Shown here: piece by piece, positions 50,051 through 63,506 of the stretch
Layout: each line of letters opens with the position of its first letter
Position numbering within the stretch: position 1 is the stretch's first letter
Assembly (NCBI GenBank): GCA_043228905.1
Contig: JBHGNT010000001.1
Location: forward strand, 36,704,001 to 36,768,000
Length of the DNA stretch: 64,000 nt
Source of the DNA: Azolla caroliniana
Lineage: Eukaryota > Plantae > Polypodiophyta
Direction of reading: 5' to 3'
Program-made: the position numbers and the translations under genes
Notes under the pieces: model-generated
What the model saw: the letters and a program-made list of their open reading frames with translations, nothing else
Told to the model about the DNA's origin: nothing
The model's database searches: none

Positions 50051-53000
50051 TTACTTCCCACCCCACCATTTCTTCCTCTTTGTCTCGGTTGAGTCAGATT
50101 TCCCAAGCTTCTTTAATATGTTTTTAGTCTCCTTCAACCTTCCTTTGAAATCCTTTTTCCATACTTCAAACTTATGTGTCACTTTTTGAAGTTCTTCATT
50201 TGGCTTGAAATTTGCTTCTACATGCCCCGATTTAACTTCTACAAGGAAACCAACATCATCATTGAATATTTGTGTTCGACGTTCTAGTTCCTTTGATAAC
50301 TGATTAATCACGGATCTACTGGGATCAAATTCACTTCTACTAGTATTGGACTCGGAACGAGGGGTTATGTCAGGGGTATTTCCTTCAGAGTAATGTAATG
50401 AACCACCATCTCGCTCATTATACTTCCTCTCTAGTACGAGAGGTTGCTCCACAACCAATCCTTTTGGTGTAGCACAGAGATTTTGTTGTAGTGTAGTTAT
50501 CTGTTTCGTCCACATTTCCTCCATTGACTTCATTTTAGCTTCATACAATGTCCATTTTCTCTCATACTCTTTAATAGTCTGATGTAAGACAGCATTCTCT
50601 TCTTCTTTTCTTTGTAACGCAGCCCAAATTTTGTCTTGCCCACCTTGCCAATCTTGTCCCCTTGTACTTTTATTATCTGATTTTTTGTTGCCGCCATATA
50701 CCTGCAATCCAACAGAATCTATCTCTCAGCTGAGACCAAAAAACTTTTAAATAGATACGAGCTTTCTGAGATTATAGTGTCCTAGGAATCATGGTGATAT
50801 GCACTTTCAGATCTGAAAATCAGCAGCAAGTGTACTGCAAAGACTCAAATACTTTTTCAACACACTTGGACCAGGTATTAAACTATGAAAATGAAAACCG
50901 ACTCTGATTAGAAGAATTGACACTGGCCCAGCCCAATCCTATGATATTTGAGAGCATGAAAACCTAACGATGGGAGTTTAGAACTGTAGTATTCAATGCA
51001 AGCATGCTGCAAACTCCCTTTATGAACTGAGTTTTGGGGAGGCAATATGTACAAAAGCACCTTCTTATAAAGTCTCTTCAAGTTAAGCCAGAAGGACCGT
51101 ACATTTTCTTACTTCTTGAGGCTGGGAAACTTCCCATAGAGATCACGGCCATGGAAAGGGTTATCGAGTACATGCTTAAGGTTCACAAAAACCCCTCTCA
51201 TCAACTTCCTATGATCACATAGGAAATAAGAACCATGAAACTGCATCTTAACGGCTAAACCATTTCAGTTCAGTTTAGGTTGAGAAATTTGGTTTGTTTT
51301 AGGTGTGGCCTGGAGGTTCAAGGTTCAGATTTGAATGTTTCTAGTTCAAGTTTGTTTTGAGCAGTTTTGGTGTAAAAATTTTGTGGTTCGGTTTAACAGT
51401 TTGGTTTGAAGCGCTTTGAATTTGAGACTAATGAACCAAACCAAATCATTGCCAATTACTAACGTGAAGCAAGCAAAAAGATTAAAAAGACTCGAAAAAG
51501 CAGAAATTTGGGTTTCCGATGGATGTAAGATATGAGAAAATGGTTTGCCAAATGATGTATTACATTTGCTTCAGGGGGGGTCAATAGATTCCTCTGTGGA
51601 TGAGGCTTTTTTGCACCACATTATATTACATATATTGCACCAAACTATGAGATCCTCACTCCATTCAAGGCAAGTTAGGACTCAATTTGTCCCTTTTGGT
51701 AGGAATATGCACTGAGACTTGGCTATCAAATGCAACACACCCTGTGATAATGTTAAGAGCAACCTGCAGAACCTTGTCATAGCAGAGCACAATAGAGATT
51801 ATGGGCTTGATGGACCATATCTGTTGATATACGTGCTCAGTTCATTGTCTTATGCACAAGAGTCAACTAAAAAGTACTAATCAATGGTACATGCATCTTG
51901 AACTCTTAGTCAAGCATCCTGGCTTTCACACATTTCGCATGTTTAGGCTTTGCTTGAACATCAAAGGAATACAAATACTACAGTAGGTTTTTGAAGATGT
52001 TATTAGCATTATAATTATTTCTTGCTCGCAAAAACAATATAACCAACACATTACCTTATTTGCATATTTTACTTCGCCATTTTCAGTCACTTGAGGTTTG
52101 GTTATGAAGCCACCATCCACTTCCTCTTTTCTAATTATTGACATGCCCATATGCACTTTGACAGATTGATGTGCAAATGATTTCCTGACCAGCCATCCTC
52201 TTATCACTGGAATCCACAAGAAAATTCCAGTGATAAGAATATGCTAAAAGAACTCCTATGAATACAAGATAAACTCCAAAAGCACTACTTTAAAATCATT
52301 ACGAAGATACACTAACTTTGCATGTTTATGAAACATCTGCATCTTTTAGGTCAGCAGGAAAACAGCAGCATGTATCCAATTGGATTTTGAGACTTACGAG
52401 CTTGCAAGAATGTTAATGCTCTTTTCTGCTTCTTAAAACTGTGTCGAACTTTGTACCCTCTATATGTTTTCTGAACTGCAACAACCCCATCCAGAAACTT
52501 TTTGCGAGTCTCCTCCAGTTTATCAATCTTTTGAATGAAATATCTGTGTCAGTAACATTCTGGAACTATGGAAAATTATTCTCTAACAGCTAACTTTTAA
52601 AGTCTAAATATTCACATTATAATGACATGAACATAGCATAGTACTAAGAGAGCCCTTCTGATAGATGTATTTAGACATAAGCACACACATGTTTCCCGTG
52701 TTTATTGGATATTAGCTTAATAAAAAATCACATCTCCCAGGGGAAGCATTAGTTTTCATGCAATTGCATATACAATTTACATTAATAAATATCTTTTTTA
52801 TTATTTTCATTTCCTTAGTTTTTGACAGCAATTTAAATTCATAGGTATCTTTTTTACAATACATCTAACTTGAGAATCTCACATGTGCCGAAAACCAGTT
52901 TCCCTCGTCTCTTTTTATCTTATTTACTTTTATATTTACTGAGTAATATTTATTTTATTTTGATTTGTTGATTTGTTGTTCTCAAAGACGAGACAACGCT

Positions 53001-56000
53001 TAAGATGTAATCTCTTGTTTGGTCTTATGGGCTATTTTGGCCTCTTAAAAGAAGTTAATATATCTTTCTTTCTTACTTCTAGGGATTTTTCTCATAAATC
53101 CTGATACATGAATTCTGGCCAGTCACTTTTCTATTACTGAAATATTCTACACTAATTGCACCTACTTTCTTATGTATAGCAAAAATTACCTGTTCTGGGT
53201 GGAAAAACATGTTTCTCAAGCCCACACGGTACATATAAGGAGGAATATTAAGCCTCTGCAGTACTTCTATGCATATACCAAGCACATCATGTCCAGTTGC
53301 CTCACTAGGTGCAAGCAGAATACCAAATCTGCATAGTGTTTGGGTAAAGGAATATAAATATAAAATATGTAAAATACCATTTTGGTTTTTGAGTAAAATA
53401 TACCCCGAACCCTAGATAAAGCTTCAGCACAGGTAAAATACACTTGAAGCACACGTACCTGCTTGCAAAAAACTGATGAGATATCTTCTCTATACATCCT
53501 ATTCTTAATGCTCTGACAGCTTCTGTGACTCTGTTCAGCCGCAACTGTTCAAGTACAAATCTTTCTTCGAATGAATTTGTGGACAGAAATTTACAAGGCA
53601 TAACACAGAGTATGAAACGTGGTGAACTGTTGTGTAGCTGCCACATCATCTGTTGCACCCACTCCTGAAACCCCTTGCACCAAAGATAAGGACACTCACA
53701 TGATCAATTAGCATAACCAGTTTTCTAAGCTAGCATTAATTGAATAAATTGTTTTTTTATAACCTGGCATCTGGAGGATAACGTCAGTTCTGAATACAAT
53801 TCAAGAGGATAGGATTTCTCTGAAAGATATAACCGAGACAAGCATGAATTTAAGATTTGCAGAAGTTGAGGCCCAGCAAAATTGTGGGCTCCCTCTAAAA
53901 TGGAGTTGCCATCATAAGTCACCTGCATAAACATGATCTTTTACCCAAATAATCATTCATTAAACAATGGCCTGCTTTTCTATATTACGTAAATATTACC
54001 TCTTGAAAAATGTGAGATATTGAATATTCATGGTTGCTCTTCTGTTTGCAGCAAGAACTGGTAGCAATAAGTGATTCTAATCTTTGTGTAGAGTCACCTT
54101 TAGGTACATCCTCCAAGAAAGGAAATAATACCTGAAATTTTTAATAGTGGACTACATTCAAAATAATGAACCCTATCATCAAACCAAGTGCAAACTAATA
54201 CTGATTTGATTACTCCTCCATCAATAATGCCAAAAATGTGACAAAAATAAAACCTGTTCGAGGAATTCAGTGACAGCATTCCGTGCAGAGCCAATCCTAT
54301 GTTGTCTATATATTATATCCTGAGAATTTCAAAATATAAATTCAATTTCAAGCACACGCAGAAAATGGATTTTTATCATGTGGTGCTATTGCATTTAACT
54401 TCCAAATTATTTTTTAAGGAATAGAACTACCTCTTCTTCTAGCTGAGAAAGATAGTTCTTGGTGAATTGCTGCAAATATTCATACGAATAGTTCACAAGT
54501 AGACCATCCAGGCCCTTTCTCTGCAAGCAGTATTCGTGAGTCTCACATACTACTGAAGATGCCAAATACACAGCCTGGCTACATACCTTTGATAATCCAA
54601 AGCCAGGCATATTCACAATTGTGATATACTTATTCTCTCCAGTCATTTCAGACTTCAAGACCTTGTTGATTTGGGCCATGAGCCACTGAAATAACCTTTC
54701 ATATATTAGTTGAGCCAATAGATCCTTAGTAGCAGTCACCTGCACATGGCATTTAACAGTATTGAGTCATATTCAAACAAGTCCTTACATAATGAGTTTT
54801 ATGAACCTAAACAATGCAGAATAGGAAAATTATGAACTCACTCTAGTTGGATCACATTCTATAATACAAAGAGCTTCTAAAAGCTGCTCCCTAGAACATT
54901 GAAGCAGACTTGCAGCATTTCCCAAAGCTGTGTTTCATCCACCACATCTGGTTATACTAGGCCTCGATGCTACAGAAGTCAATTTTTTAAAAAATCATTT
55001 GAATTTTAGAACCATGCCTTGACTCCCACTGTCGAGAGCAGGTATTGTGACATTTCCAAGCCAAAGTATTGCTGCAAGCAAGCTAAAAATCTGGTCTTGG
55101 TCTTGCTTGTTTATTCCAAATGCACATAGGGAATCCTGCATAAAGACAAATAGCCTAGGCATAAAGGCATTTCTTTTTTAAAGCTTAATAGAGATAGAAA
55201 TAAGATAGCACAAGATGCTTTTCACTCACAATAACGGACTGAAACTGATTTTGGTATTTGGTTCCATCCACAAATCCCAGCTCACTCTTGTTCAAATAAT
55301 CAAACTCTCTTACACCCGTAAGACATAGCTTCTCTGTGAGCACATATATAAAGACCCAAACATACTAAGTATCTGGTTTTGAAAGAAACATGAATGATTT
55401 CTAGATTATATCATACCTCTCAGGACTGAGTCTGCCCCCTCACAAAGCTGGTAAAAAATATCATATGACCATTCCCCCTCATCTCGCAGTACAACTCTTG
55501 ACTGCAACAACTTATTGAGATAATTATTACAACTCTTATATAAAGACAAACCTGATACTATAAAAATGTTGGCATTCAATGTTTCACTAAGTAAAATACC
55601 TTCTCAAACGGAACTTTTTAGCATGATGTAGGACCATGTAACAAGACAGAAGTTAGAAAATTAACAATCATGTCAGCTTTCCAGTATATGTAATTAAAAT
55701 GGACCAATAGAAAGACTTCTTACCAGTTTTCCACTCCGCACCTGTCAAGCTCCCAAAGTTGTTGTAATATAAATTTACCATTTCCCCCTGAAAACCACAG
55801 CAATTTTAACCCTCTTATTCATGCATTATGTGGGAAAACTATCTCTTCATAAGTCAATAATCAATATAGTGTTGGAAATCACTAAGGTGGTGTGAAAAAC
55901 TACCACACAACTGGATGGTTTTGCACAAGTGAAAGCTTCCATAATTGGCTGAACTGCCAACAATAACTTTCCTAATACATAATTGCCTCCACAAGAAACC

Positions 56001-59000
56001 AAATATTGCAGTGCTGATTTCATTGTTTTCAACTTCCCTACGTCATTCTCACCACTGAAACAACATATATTTTGTCATATCATGCTCTATGAATGTCAAA
56101 ATACAATTTCCACAGAGAATAGATGCTTTGATTATACATCCAGTGACTATACATTGCTCACAATCAAATAATGCTATTGAGATTGTAAAGCTTTTACACA
56201 TACCAGGAGTATCAAGATTAACCTAGCATGCAGCCTACATACCTAAAGATAATCGATTGGTTCATCTCATCTGAAACATAGTAAACACAAGCGTAACCTC
56301 AGCTGGAAAATCCAAGCAATCGATTAATAAGTAAAAAATGGCATTGGATGACAAATAGTACCTCTCTTCATTGCTTTAAATGCATTTTCTATTACTGCAT
56401 GAATGCTCTCGTCATCACATTGTTGTCCCATAGATGAGGGAAATGCTATCAGCATAGACCCAGCTCTTGTCTGCAAAGTCACAAAAACCCCAGCATAATC
56501 CACCTTTCCATTAGTAATACCAATTTTATTGACGATGAAGGTCAGAGCTTACATAGATCTTGCCCATCTCATATCTTCTTTGCAGAGTATGCAAGATTGA
56601 TGGTTCATTTATGTAGCTAAGCTGAACAAGGTCATTCACATCGTCGAGGGCATTTGGGTTGGCAGGAAGAAGCCTGTTGGACTGCAGTCCTACAACCTAA
56701 TATGCAACAGCTTAGAAGTCCATTGACCATTAAAAATCACAAAACACGGTTGTAAAGATTGCATCAAGATCAAAAAATCATATGGAACACGTGATGCAGG
56801 CTTTCATGGAAATGCATGCCAATGTTGTGAGCTTGATACAAGAGATGTAAACATTCCTATCAAGGTCAGTAGGAAGCATATGCACACAGTGAATAATGTC
56901 ACACGGTAGTGTATTAAGTCAAAACTTTTATCAACCTCAAGAGTACACATACTTTCCAATACATACATGGCACGGCTAATCAGACCTCGCTCCATCAAAC
57001 GTTTTTTTTAGATTCTACTTAGATGATCCCATCACTTTGTTTGAAACTGAAATTTAAGGCTAGCAAGAAAAGCTCTAGACCATCCCTTAACCCGAAAGAG
57101 TTCAGAGATTTGAAGTAAAGGGATACGTATTTTACCTGGCCATCCACTAGAGAAACAGTAGAGTCTAAATCATCAGTTGACTGGATAACACCCTGTGTCC
57201 ATTTACTTTCTTGGTTCAAAAACCATACTCGAGAACCCTGCAGCAACAGTCAAAGAGAATTTATCAATTATGTTATGATCATCTGAATGTCTTTCTAGGG
57301 TTAGAACCTTCACCGATTGCCAAAAGAATAACTTACGCTTTACATTCCTCAATGAAAAGCGGTAATGTGCATCCAGATTCTTAAAGACAGGAAGCAAGAG
57401 GAAATACTAGCTGTGTTTTTTATAACACAAGGATGGTGACATCTTGTGACAAACCAATTTTGCATGAGAATAAGTTCCAAAATGCATAGAATAAAAAACA
57501 GTGTTCTGAACTTTTATTGGATGATCAAAATGCAGATATTTAAGTCCTTTTGATTGAACAAGTTTCACATACTCTAAATACATAAATGAGCTTTTTAAAG
57601 ATCATTGCAATTGTATGTGAGTTATAGGCATGCAAAAAAGTATTATTGCCTAGCGTATTGGAAAATTTTACTAGTTATCTCAAAAATCTAAATAGACTCT
57701 GTCATTTATAGACACCTTTAGTGATTTAAGTGTATGGAATGCCTTGACAGTTGGAAATGCAGATGAAATAACTTTGAAGAGTAGGAAGTGTCTTACAAAC
57801 TAGATTCAAGGTTAAAAAGTCAGCACTTCACCAATAAGATCTGAACAAACAATACCTATTTTTGTATCTATCCAACAATCTTATGATAAATCATAATTCC
57901 CTCTTGGATATTGTTACCTAACCACCTCCACTACTGAAGAGATTGATATGCTGATCCAGTATTTAAAGGAGCTTACAATGCTATCCAGAATATTCCTCTC
58001 CTACATGGTAAACAGTTGCGAACTTAGAAGACCAATATTGTCTACTGACTTTGGTCTTATGAATCCTTTTGAATCTTTTATATCAATCAGAATGGTTCAT
58101 TAAACTATGTAGAAGATCAGAAAGATTAAAGCCATGTTCCCTGACTCCAACACTGCCTTGCAAAATAGCATCACAGATGGAGAGGGATTTTGAGAGCCAT
58201 GTAACTATTCATTTTGACCTGCAAGATTTGTAGCTATTCCATTTTGGTTCTATCATCATGAATATATCTGGTGTAATCTGGAAGATTTAGAAGTTCTAAT
58301 GGTCAGCGATAAGCTTCTCATATCTGTGATCAAGAGAATACTACAGGTGAAAAAGAGTAAACACAATCGCATGTTATAATACACAAATATATGACAATTC
58401 ATCCATTACGCTGGAAAAGCACAGTAAACTCTAATCATAAGTTCGAAATCACTAAGCCACGCATGTTTCATGGCATCATCATAAGTTCAATATACAGGAA
58501 TGCCCTTTGTCCTCAGCAATAATGAAATATATAAAAGAATAGGAATGCAAAAGATAAAAGCAATGAATTTAACTGTATAAACTTTTATATTTCATTTTAT
58601 TGCATTTGTATTCTTTCTCTCTCTCGGAAAATATAACCCAGGAAGCTTCTATCTGTTCACAAAGCAGAATGTGAATAATATTTTATTAATGAGAGTAGAT
58701 TTAACACCTTTCTCCAAGTGTGATGATAATCCCTCTTCCTCTTCTTCATGCTATCCAATCCTACTGACTGCTCTTGTTTCTTGATTGAATTCAGCGCCTG
58801 CAGAACGGACTCCTCATCAGTGCCACCTGTATTCAATCTATCTTTGGAAATATCTATTTTCTCTAATTTCCCCTCCTCCATATGCATTTCATTGACTGCA
58901 TTATTGGAATGATATTTATCTGACTTGGATGGAGATAGGACACTTGCCACATGATTTCTATTCACGCTCAGTTCATTCCTCTCATTTGAATGAGAGTTAT

Positions 59001-59286
59001 CTTTCTCATATAGGAAGCAAACACTTGCCAGATGATTTCCGCTCACCGTAGGTTCGTCCCTCTCCTTGGAATGAAAATTATTCATTGTAGATGATGTCTT
59101 TTGTGATATGTTTCCATTAGATCGGTTGAGTTTGTACTCACCAAACAACAGAGATGGGCGGACTCTGGTTGAAGGCAAACGAGCTCTTGATGTTGGTCTC
59201 TTCGGCAGCCATGGGAGCTCTTCTGCAGGTTGTTCCTCTCTGTCTTTGATCGAGTCTAACAATAGCTCTAGGGTACTACGAGCCAT
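50051..59286 (-). CDS. Class VIII myosin-like protein with a degenerate (probably inactive) motor domain
   Basis: N-terminal ARSTLELLL...LPKRPTSRARLPS; SH3-like RVWF exon; LLPANPNALDDVNDLVQLSYINEPSIL; SYDIFYQLC; LIYERLFQWL; two IQ motifs; myosin VIII tail YEAKMKSMEEMWTKQ...KELERRTQIFNDD...FEVWKKDFKGRLKETK...RKKWWG. About 20 GT-AG exons, open in all those translated. Confidence 0.9.
51000..51800 (+). mobile_element. LINE RT C-terminal remnant in the last myosin intron, split by an insertion of about 230 bp rich in ggtt/aacc repeats
   Basis: PYIFLLLEAGKLPIEITAMERVIEYMLKV...HQLP resumes as ASKKIKKT...W...W after 51465; insert 51226-51460 carries ggttc/ggttt repeats typical of DNA-transposon subtermini. 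Confidence 0.55.
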
Positions 59287-60139
59287 CTAATGTAACTGAC
59301 TTGAAAATCTCAGATTGCTAAACCTTTAGCTACGGAAAGCTCTTTTTCATCGATATTTCTGTTGTTTTAGTTGAAGAATCTACAGAAAGAGAGAAACAAA
59401 AGTACCCTGAAGAGTAAAAATTATCATTGTTCTTGTTTAAGATCCCAAGCTTCGGAAAACCTTTTGCAATATAAAGCTGCCTTTTATCCAAAGACGGCAG
59501 TTAGCAGAAATGTCGAATCAAAATGAGAAAGAGCACGACAGTAGAGCAAAAATGTTGTTCTCTACTGTCTCTGAATTCAAAACGTGGAAGGCCATTAGTG
59601 ACGTAAAATATCCCCCGTCTTTCATCAAATATTGAGGAATAAATTTGCAGAAATGTAGAAACGAATGGCCTTCTAATATATTATTATTACAGTAAAAAAA
59701 GCGATCTTCTTAAATCAAAAACTCGATCGTTTGTGAAAGAACCTGCAGAGAGAGGGAGAGAAGCAGGAAATGGAAATGAGGATTTTTACGCAGAAGAGAA
59801 GACTGCCTAGAAATGTGGTCGATGGCAGATGCGATCTGAGTAGAGAGAGAGAGAGAGAGAGAGAGAAAAGCAAAAAGAAAGGAAACAGTACCGTTTCCTT
59901 GCAGTGCAGTATCTGTCAAGATAATGATGTTGCGATGAATGAAAGCGAGGAACAATCAGCTGAAAAGGAAGAGTTTAGGCAAAGCAAAAGCAAAGAAGCA
60001 AGAAAGCAAGAAAGAAACTGCAGAACACGAACTCAGAGAGTGAAATTAGGCGAACAAGTTGAGCGAGTCTCTAGCTATGGTGGTAAAGTTCATACACAAT
60101 AGAGAGTGAAAGTATGAAATTTGTTGCAAAGCTCCCTTG

Positions 60140-61005
60140 CGATGGCATTTAAAAGTTCCTACTCGAGAATTTATTATTTCAGCAAAAGGGAACTAAGAGG
60201 AAGAGCAAGACGAAAGAGTTTAGAGAGCGCAATCTGATTTTCGTGTTGAGAAACTCTATGACAATGGCGATGGCGATGGCGTTTCTTTATACTACTGCTT
60301 CAGAAATAATTCTTTCAGAAAAATATGAATGAGTGTAGACAAAGAAATGTGAGCTCTTGTCTTTTTATGGAGCTGGTGGACTATGGCGATGAAGCTCCTT
60401 GCTCAGCAAGCTGTTTACGAAAATAGCCTTGAAATATGAAGAAGAAAACGACGATAATGATAACATCTTTGTAGACGGAGAATTTTGAGCTTCAAATCCC
60501 AATGGTTACGGGGATGAATCACCTTGCTCAGAAATCTGTTTCCGAAGATATCCTCGAGAAGAAGAAGAAAAGGTTGAAAGATTTATTCACAGAAATTTGA
60601 ATGTGAAAGCACGATGGCTATGGCAATGAGCTTCAACGCTAAATAAGCCGTTTCCAAGGAGATTGCCTCTAGGAGAAGAAGAAAAAGAAGCGGATAAAAT
60701 ATTAGTCGGCGGAGAATTTTAAACTTAGAAGCTCGCTGGCTATGGAAATAACGTTCCTTGATCAGTAATCTGTTTCCGAAGGGAACCTCGAGAAGAAGGA
60801 GAAGAAGATAATGAAAGATATACACAGAAGTTTGAACTTGGAAGCTTGCTGGCTATGGCGACAAAGCTCCTCGCTCAGTAAGATGTTTTCCAAGAGAACC
60901 TCGAGAACAAGAAGAGAAGGAAGATGAAAGGGTATACAGAGAAATTTGAGCTTGGAAGCTCGTTGGCGTTGGCGTTGGCGATGGCGATGAAGCTCCTGCT
61001 CCTCC
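60140..61005. repeat. Degenerate tandem array (unit about 120 bp, about 7 copies) upstream of the myosin ATG
   Basis: Recurrent ggctatggcgatgaagctcc.tgctcag...tgtttccgaag..cctcgagaagaagaagaa...gaaatttgagcttggaagctcg. Confidence 0.8.
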
Positions 61006-61077
61006 TCCGCAGGCAAAGTGCAAGACAGAAACTGAAAGAATCGGAGAGTGTGAACGAAAGAAACCCTTCCTAGGGAC

Positions 61078-61143
61078 GACGTCCGACGTGGCAAATCCAC
61101 GTCAGGCGAGCGGCCACGTGTGTCAAAAGTGATGATGACGTGG
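61078..61143. promoter_or_regulatory. Cluster of five ACGT cores (G-box/ABRE-like)
   Basis: gacgtc, gacgtggc, ccacgtca, gccacgtgt and tgacgtgg within 66 bp. Confidence 0.55.
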
Positions 61144-63184
61144 AAGATTCAAAGACCATTTAAAAAACATTAGGTTTATGTCGTTTTTCTTTTGTAATGA
61201 CACACACCCCTCAACTCTTCTGTCGCTCCCACATGCATGTGTCGTGGTACATCTACTCCATACATGTGGTAGTGACCATCTTTCTTGGACTCGTTCGTTA
61301 TTAGCTTGCCTGCTCAGCTACTTTTACTAGCTCCCAAAGAAACATGACAAAGAAGGTGTTGGCTTTTAATTGTCGTTGAGATCTCCTCACAAAACATGAA
61401 GAAGAAAAAGACGAAAGTGTCAACTTAGTTCACAATGTTGAGTGGAATGGCATGACATTGTTGTCTATATCGTTTTATTTGTGTTGACGAAATGAACAAG
61501 GGAGAAATGCATTGAGTTAACTTACTGATAGTATATGTATGTGGGGGGGGGAGACTACATGGACAACCAAGTGTCAAAATAAGTTGTCAAGAAGGAAATG
61601 AATCACCTTATATTGATTGGCTTTCTACATCAAAGATGTTTGCTATATATATTAAAATGAGACAAATGTCTACTTCAGAAAAAGGTCCTATGGCCATTAC
61701 TTATCCTATAATAATTCTAGGAGTTGCCCCCATTGAGTGGTTAATGAAAAAAACATATTAAGAAGATGTCGATAAGATTAGAGTGATACATTGCATCCAC
61801 GTTAGATCACTTTTCTATTGTATATGAATGGCATCTACATTGCATTGGTGACAATATGAATAGTATTATTTCTTTATGGATTTATTATCAACCATTCCAA
61901 CCTTTTTGTCTTCGAAGAGGATGGAATTTTTAGAGTACATTCTCATTTTCGGTTAATATATCATCTTTGAATTGTGTCATTTGCAACTTTTATGACAACC
62001 ATGCTCATGGACTTTAGGATAGTTTATCGCATTGGGTTAGATGTCATATTGTATGTGTCATTAGTTTTGTGACCCTAGATCTGCAAAGATTGCCATGACT
62101 AACAATAAATAGAAAATGTGAACATTCAAAAGGACTGGAATGTTGATTGTATAGTAGTTTCATTGGACAAGGTTTAAAGATCCGATTATTCTTCTATCGC
62201 TTCACTTTGTATTGTTTTTTTATTTCATAATATGAACACTTGGCTTTGAAATTTTGATCATTCATTGTACAAACATGTGAATGAGCACTTTGCACTAGAG
62301 TCCTGTAAAAGCTGACTATTTGCCAACTAAAACAATGCGTCGTCTTGCATGGTAATAGCATCTATCGATGTACACTTCATGAAAAGGCACATGTTGAACC
62401 AAAGTGCATCTAGATTTTTTTACAATATTCATGAATCAAATGTGAGCTTTAGCGGAGTTGTTGCATCACACAGTCGACAATTTGTCAGGAAATGCATGGT
62501 GAACATTATTAGGGACTGTGATTCGCATTTCCTAGTTTTACATTTATTGAGTGTTCTAAAAAGAGAATTATGCCAATGATCGATGTTTCTAAGGACAATA
62601 TTTCTTAGATTACGATGTTGAGAATTTTATCTTATGTTGGATAATCATATGTGAGAGCAGATATATTTTTGTGGTTGGGAGTTTGACATTTGTACATGTA
62701 ATGTTTGTCATGCTACAGTCCTCCTTGGACCTTCGCTTAATTGATGTCAATATTAATGTATTGCCTATGCTCAGTAAGGAGCACTCACTTTCGTGCATGT
62801 CATTATTATTTCAATATCAATCATGCTTTACGGGTGATTTGCATTACATGCCTTTGATTTCCCAATAATTTTCACTTCTTCAACATGTTGAAACTTGACA
62901 ACCACATAGTATGTTATTCCTCCCCCTTCTCTTGTACATCCTGCCAAGTCAAAAAAATAAAAGTATTGCAATTACAACTCACCCATGTAACTTTGTCGAT
63001 ACAAAGTCCATTCCTTGGTATTGTCTCATTCAACAAATGATTAAGTTGTTCTACTTTCATTGTTACTCATCTGACATCACACAAATTTATACAGTTTCAT
63101 TTGTTTCGAGAGGAAATTCATCTTATATCACATATTGATTCATATTACAACATACAATGTGGAGTGCCACAAAGAGGGAAGTTT

Positions 63185-63506
63185 TTTCCAAAACAATATA
63201 TCCTTCCATTAGTTATATAAAAAGGTCATAACGGCTACAACATACAAAGTATTTATTCCCCAAGTGCTTCTTGTGTAAGACAATGGTTGAGGAAACAAAT
63301 CTATGTACTCCAACGTAGAGAAAACTGTCTAGTAATTGCAAGCTATTCCATATACACATTGCAAGGTATCTATATCCATAGACAACAACAAAAGTAGCTC
63401 TATTCGGAAACAAGCCCTCGCAGGTCATAGTTATGAACCATTTCAATACTTCTTCAACCTGCTCTTGTTCAACATAATCTTTATCCAAAAAATTGAATGC
63501 TACCAC
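63185..63506 (-). repeat. Further copy of the PPR-like fragment plus conserved motif (see 19280-19550)
   Basis: EEVLKWFITMTCEGLFPNRATFV is PPR-like; ends in aactaatggaaggata on the minus strand (63214-63199). Confidence 0.85.

Noticed and set aside
62340-63000. Faint hAT transposase-like words
   Set aside because: Matches are short, fall on opposite strands and are not convincing without a search.
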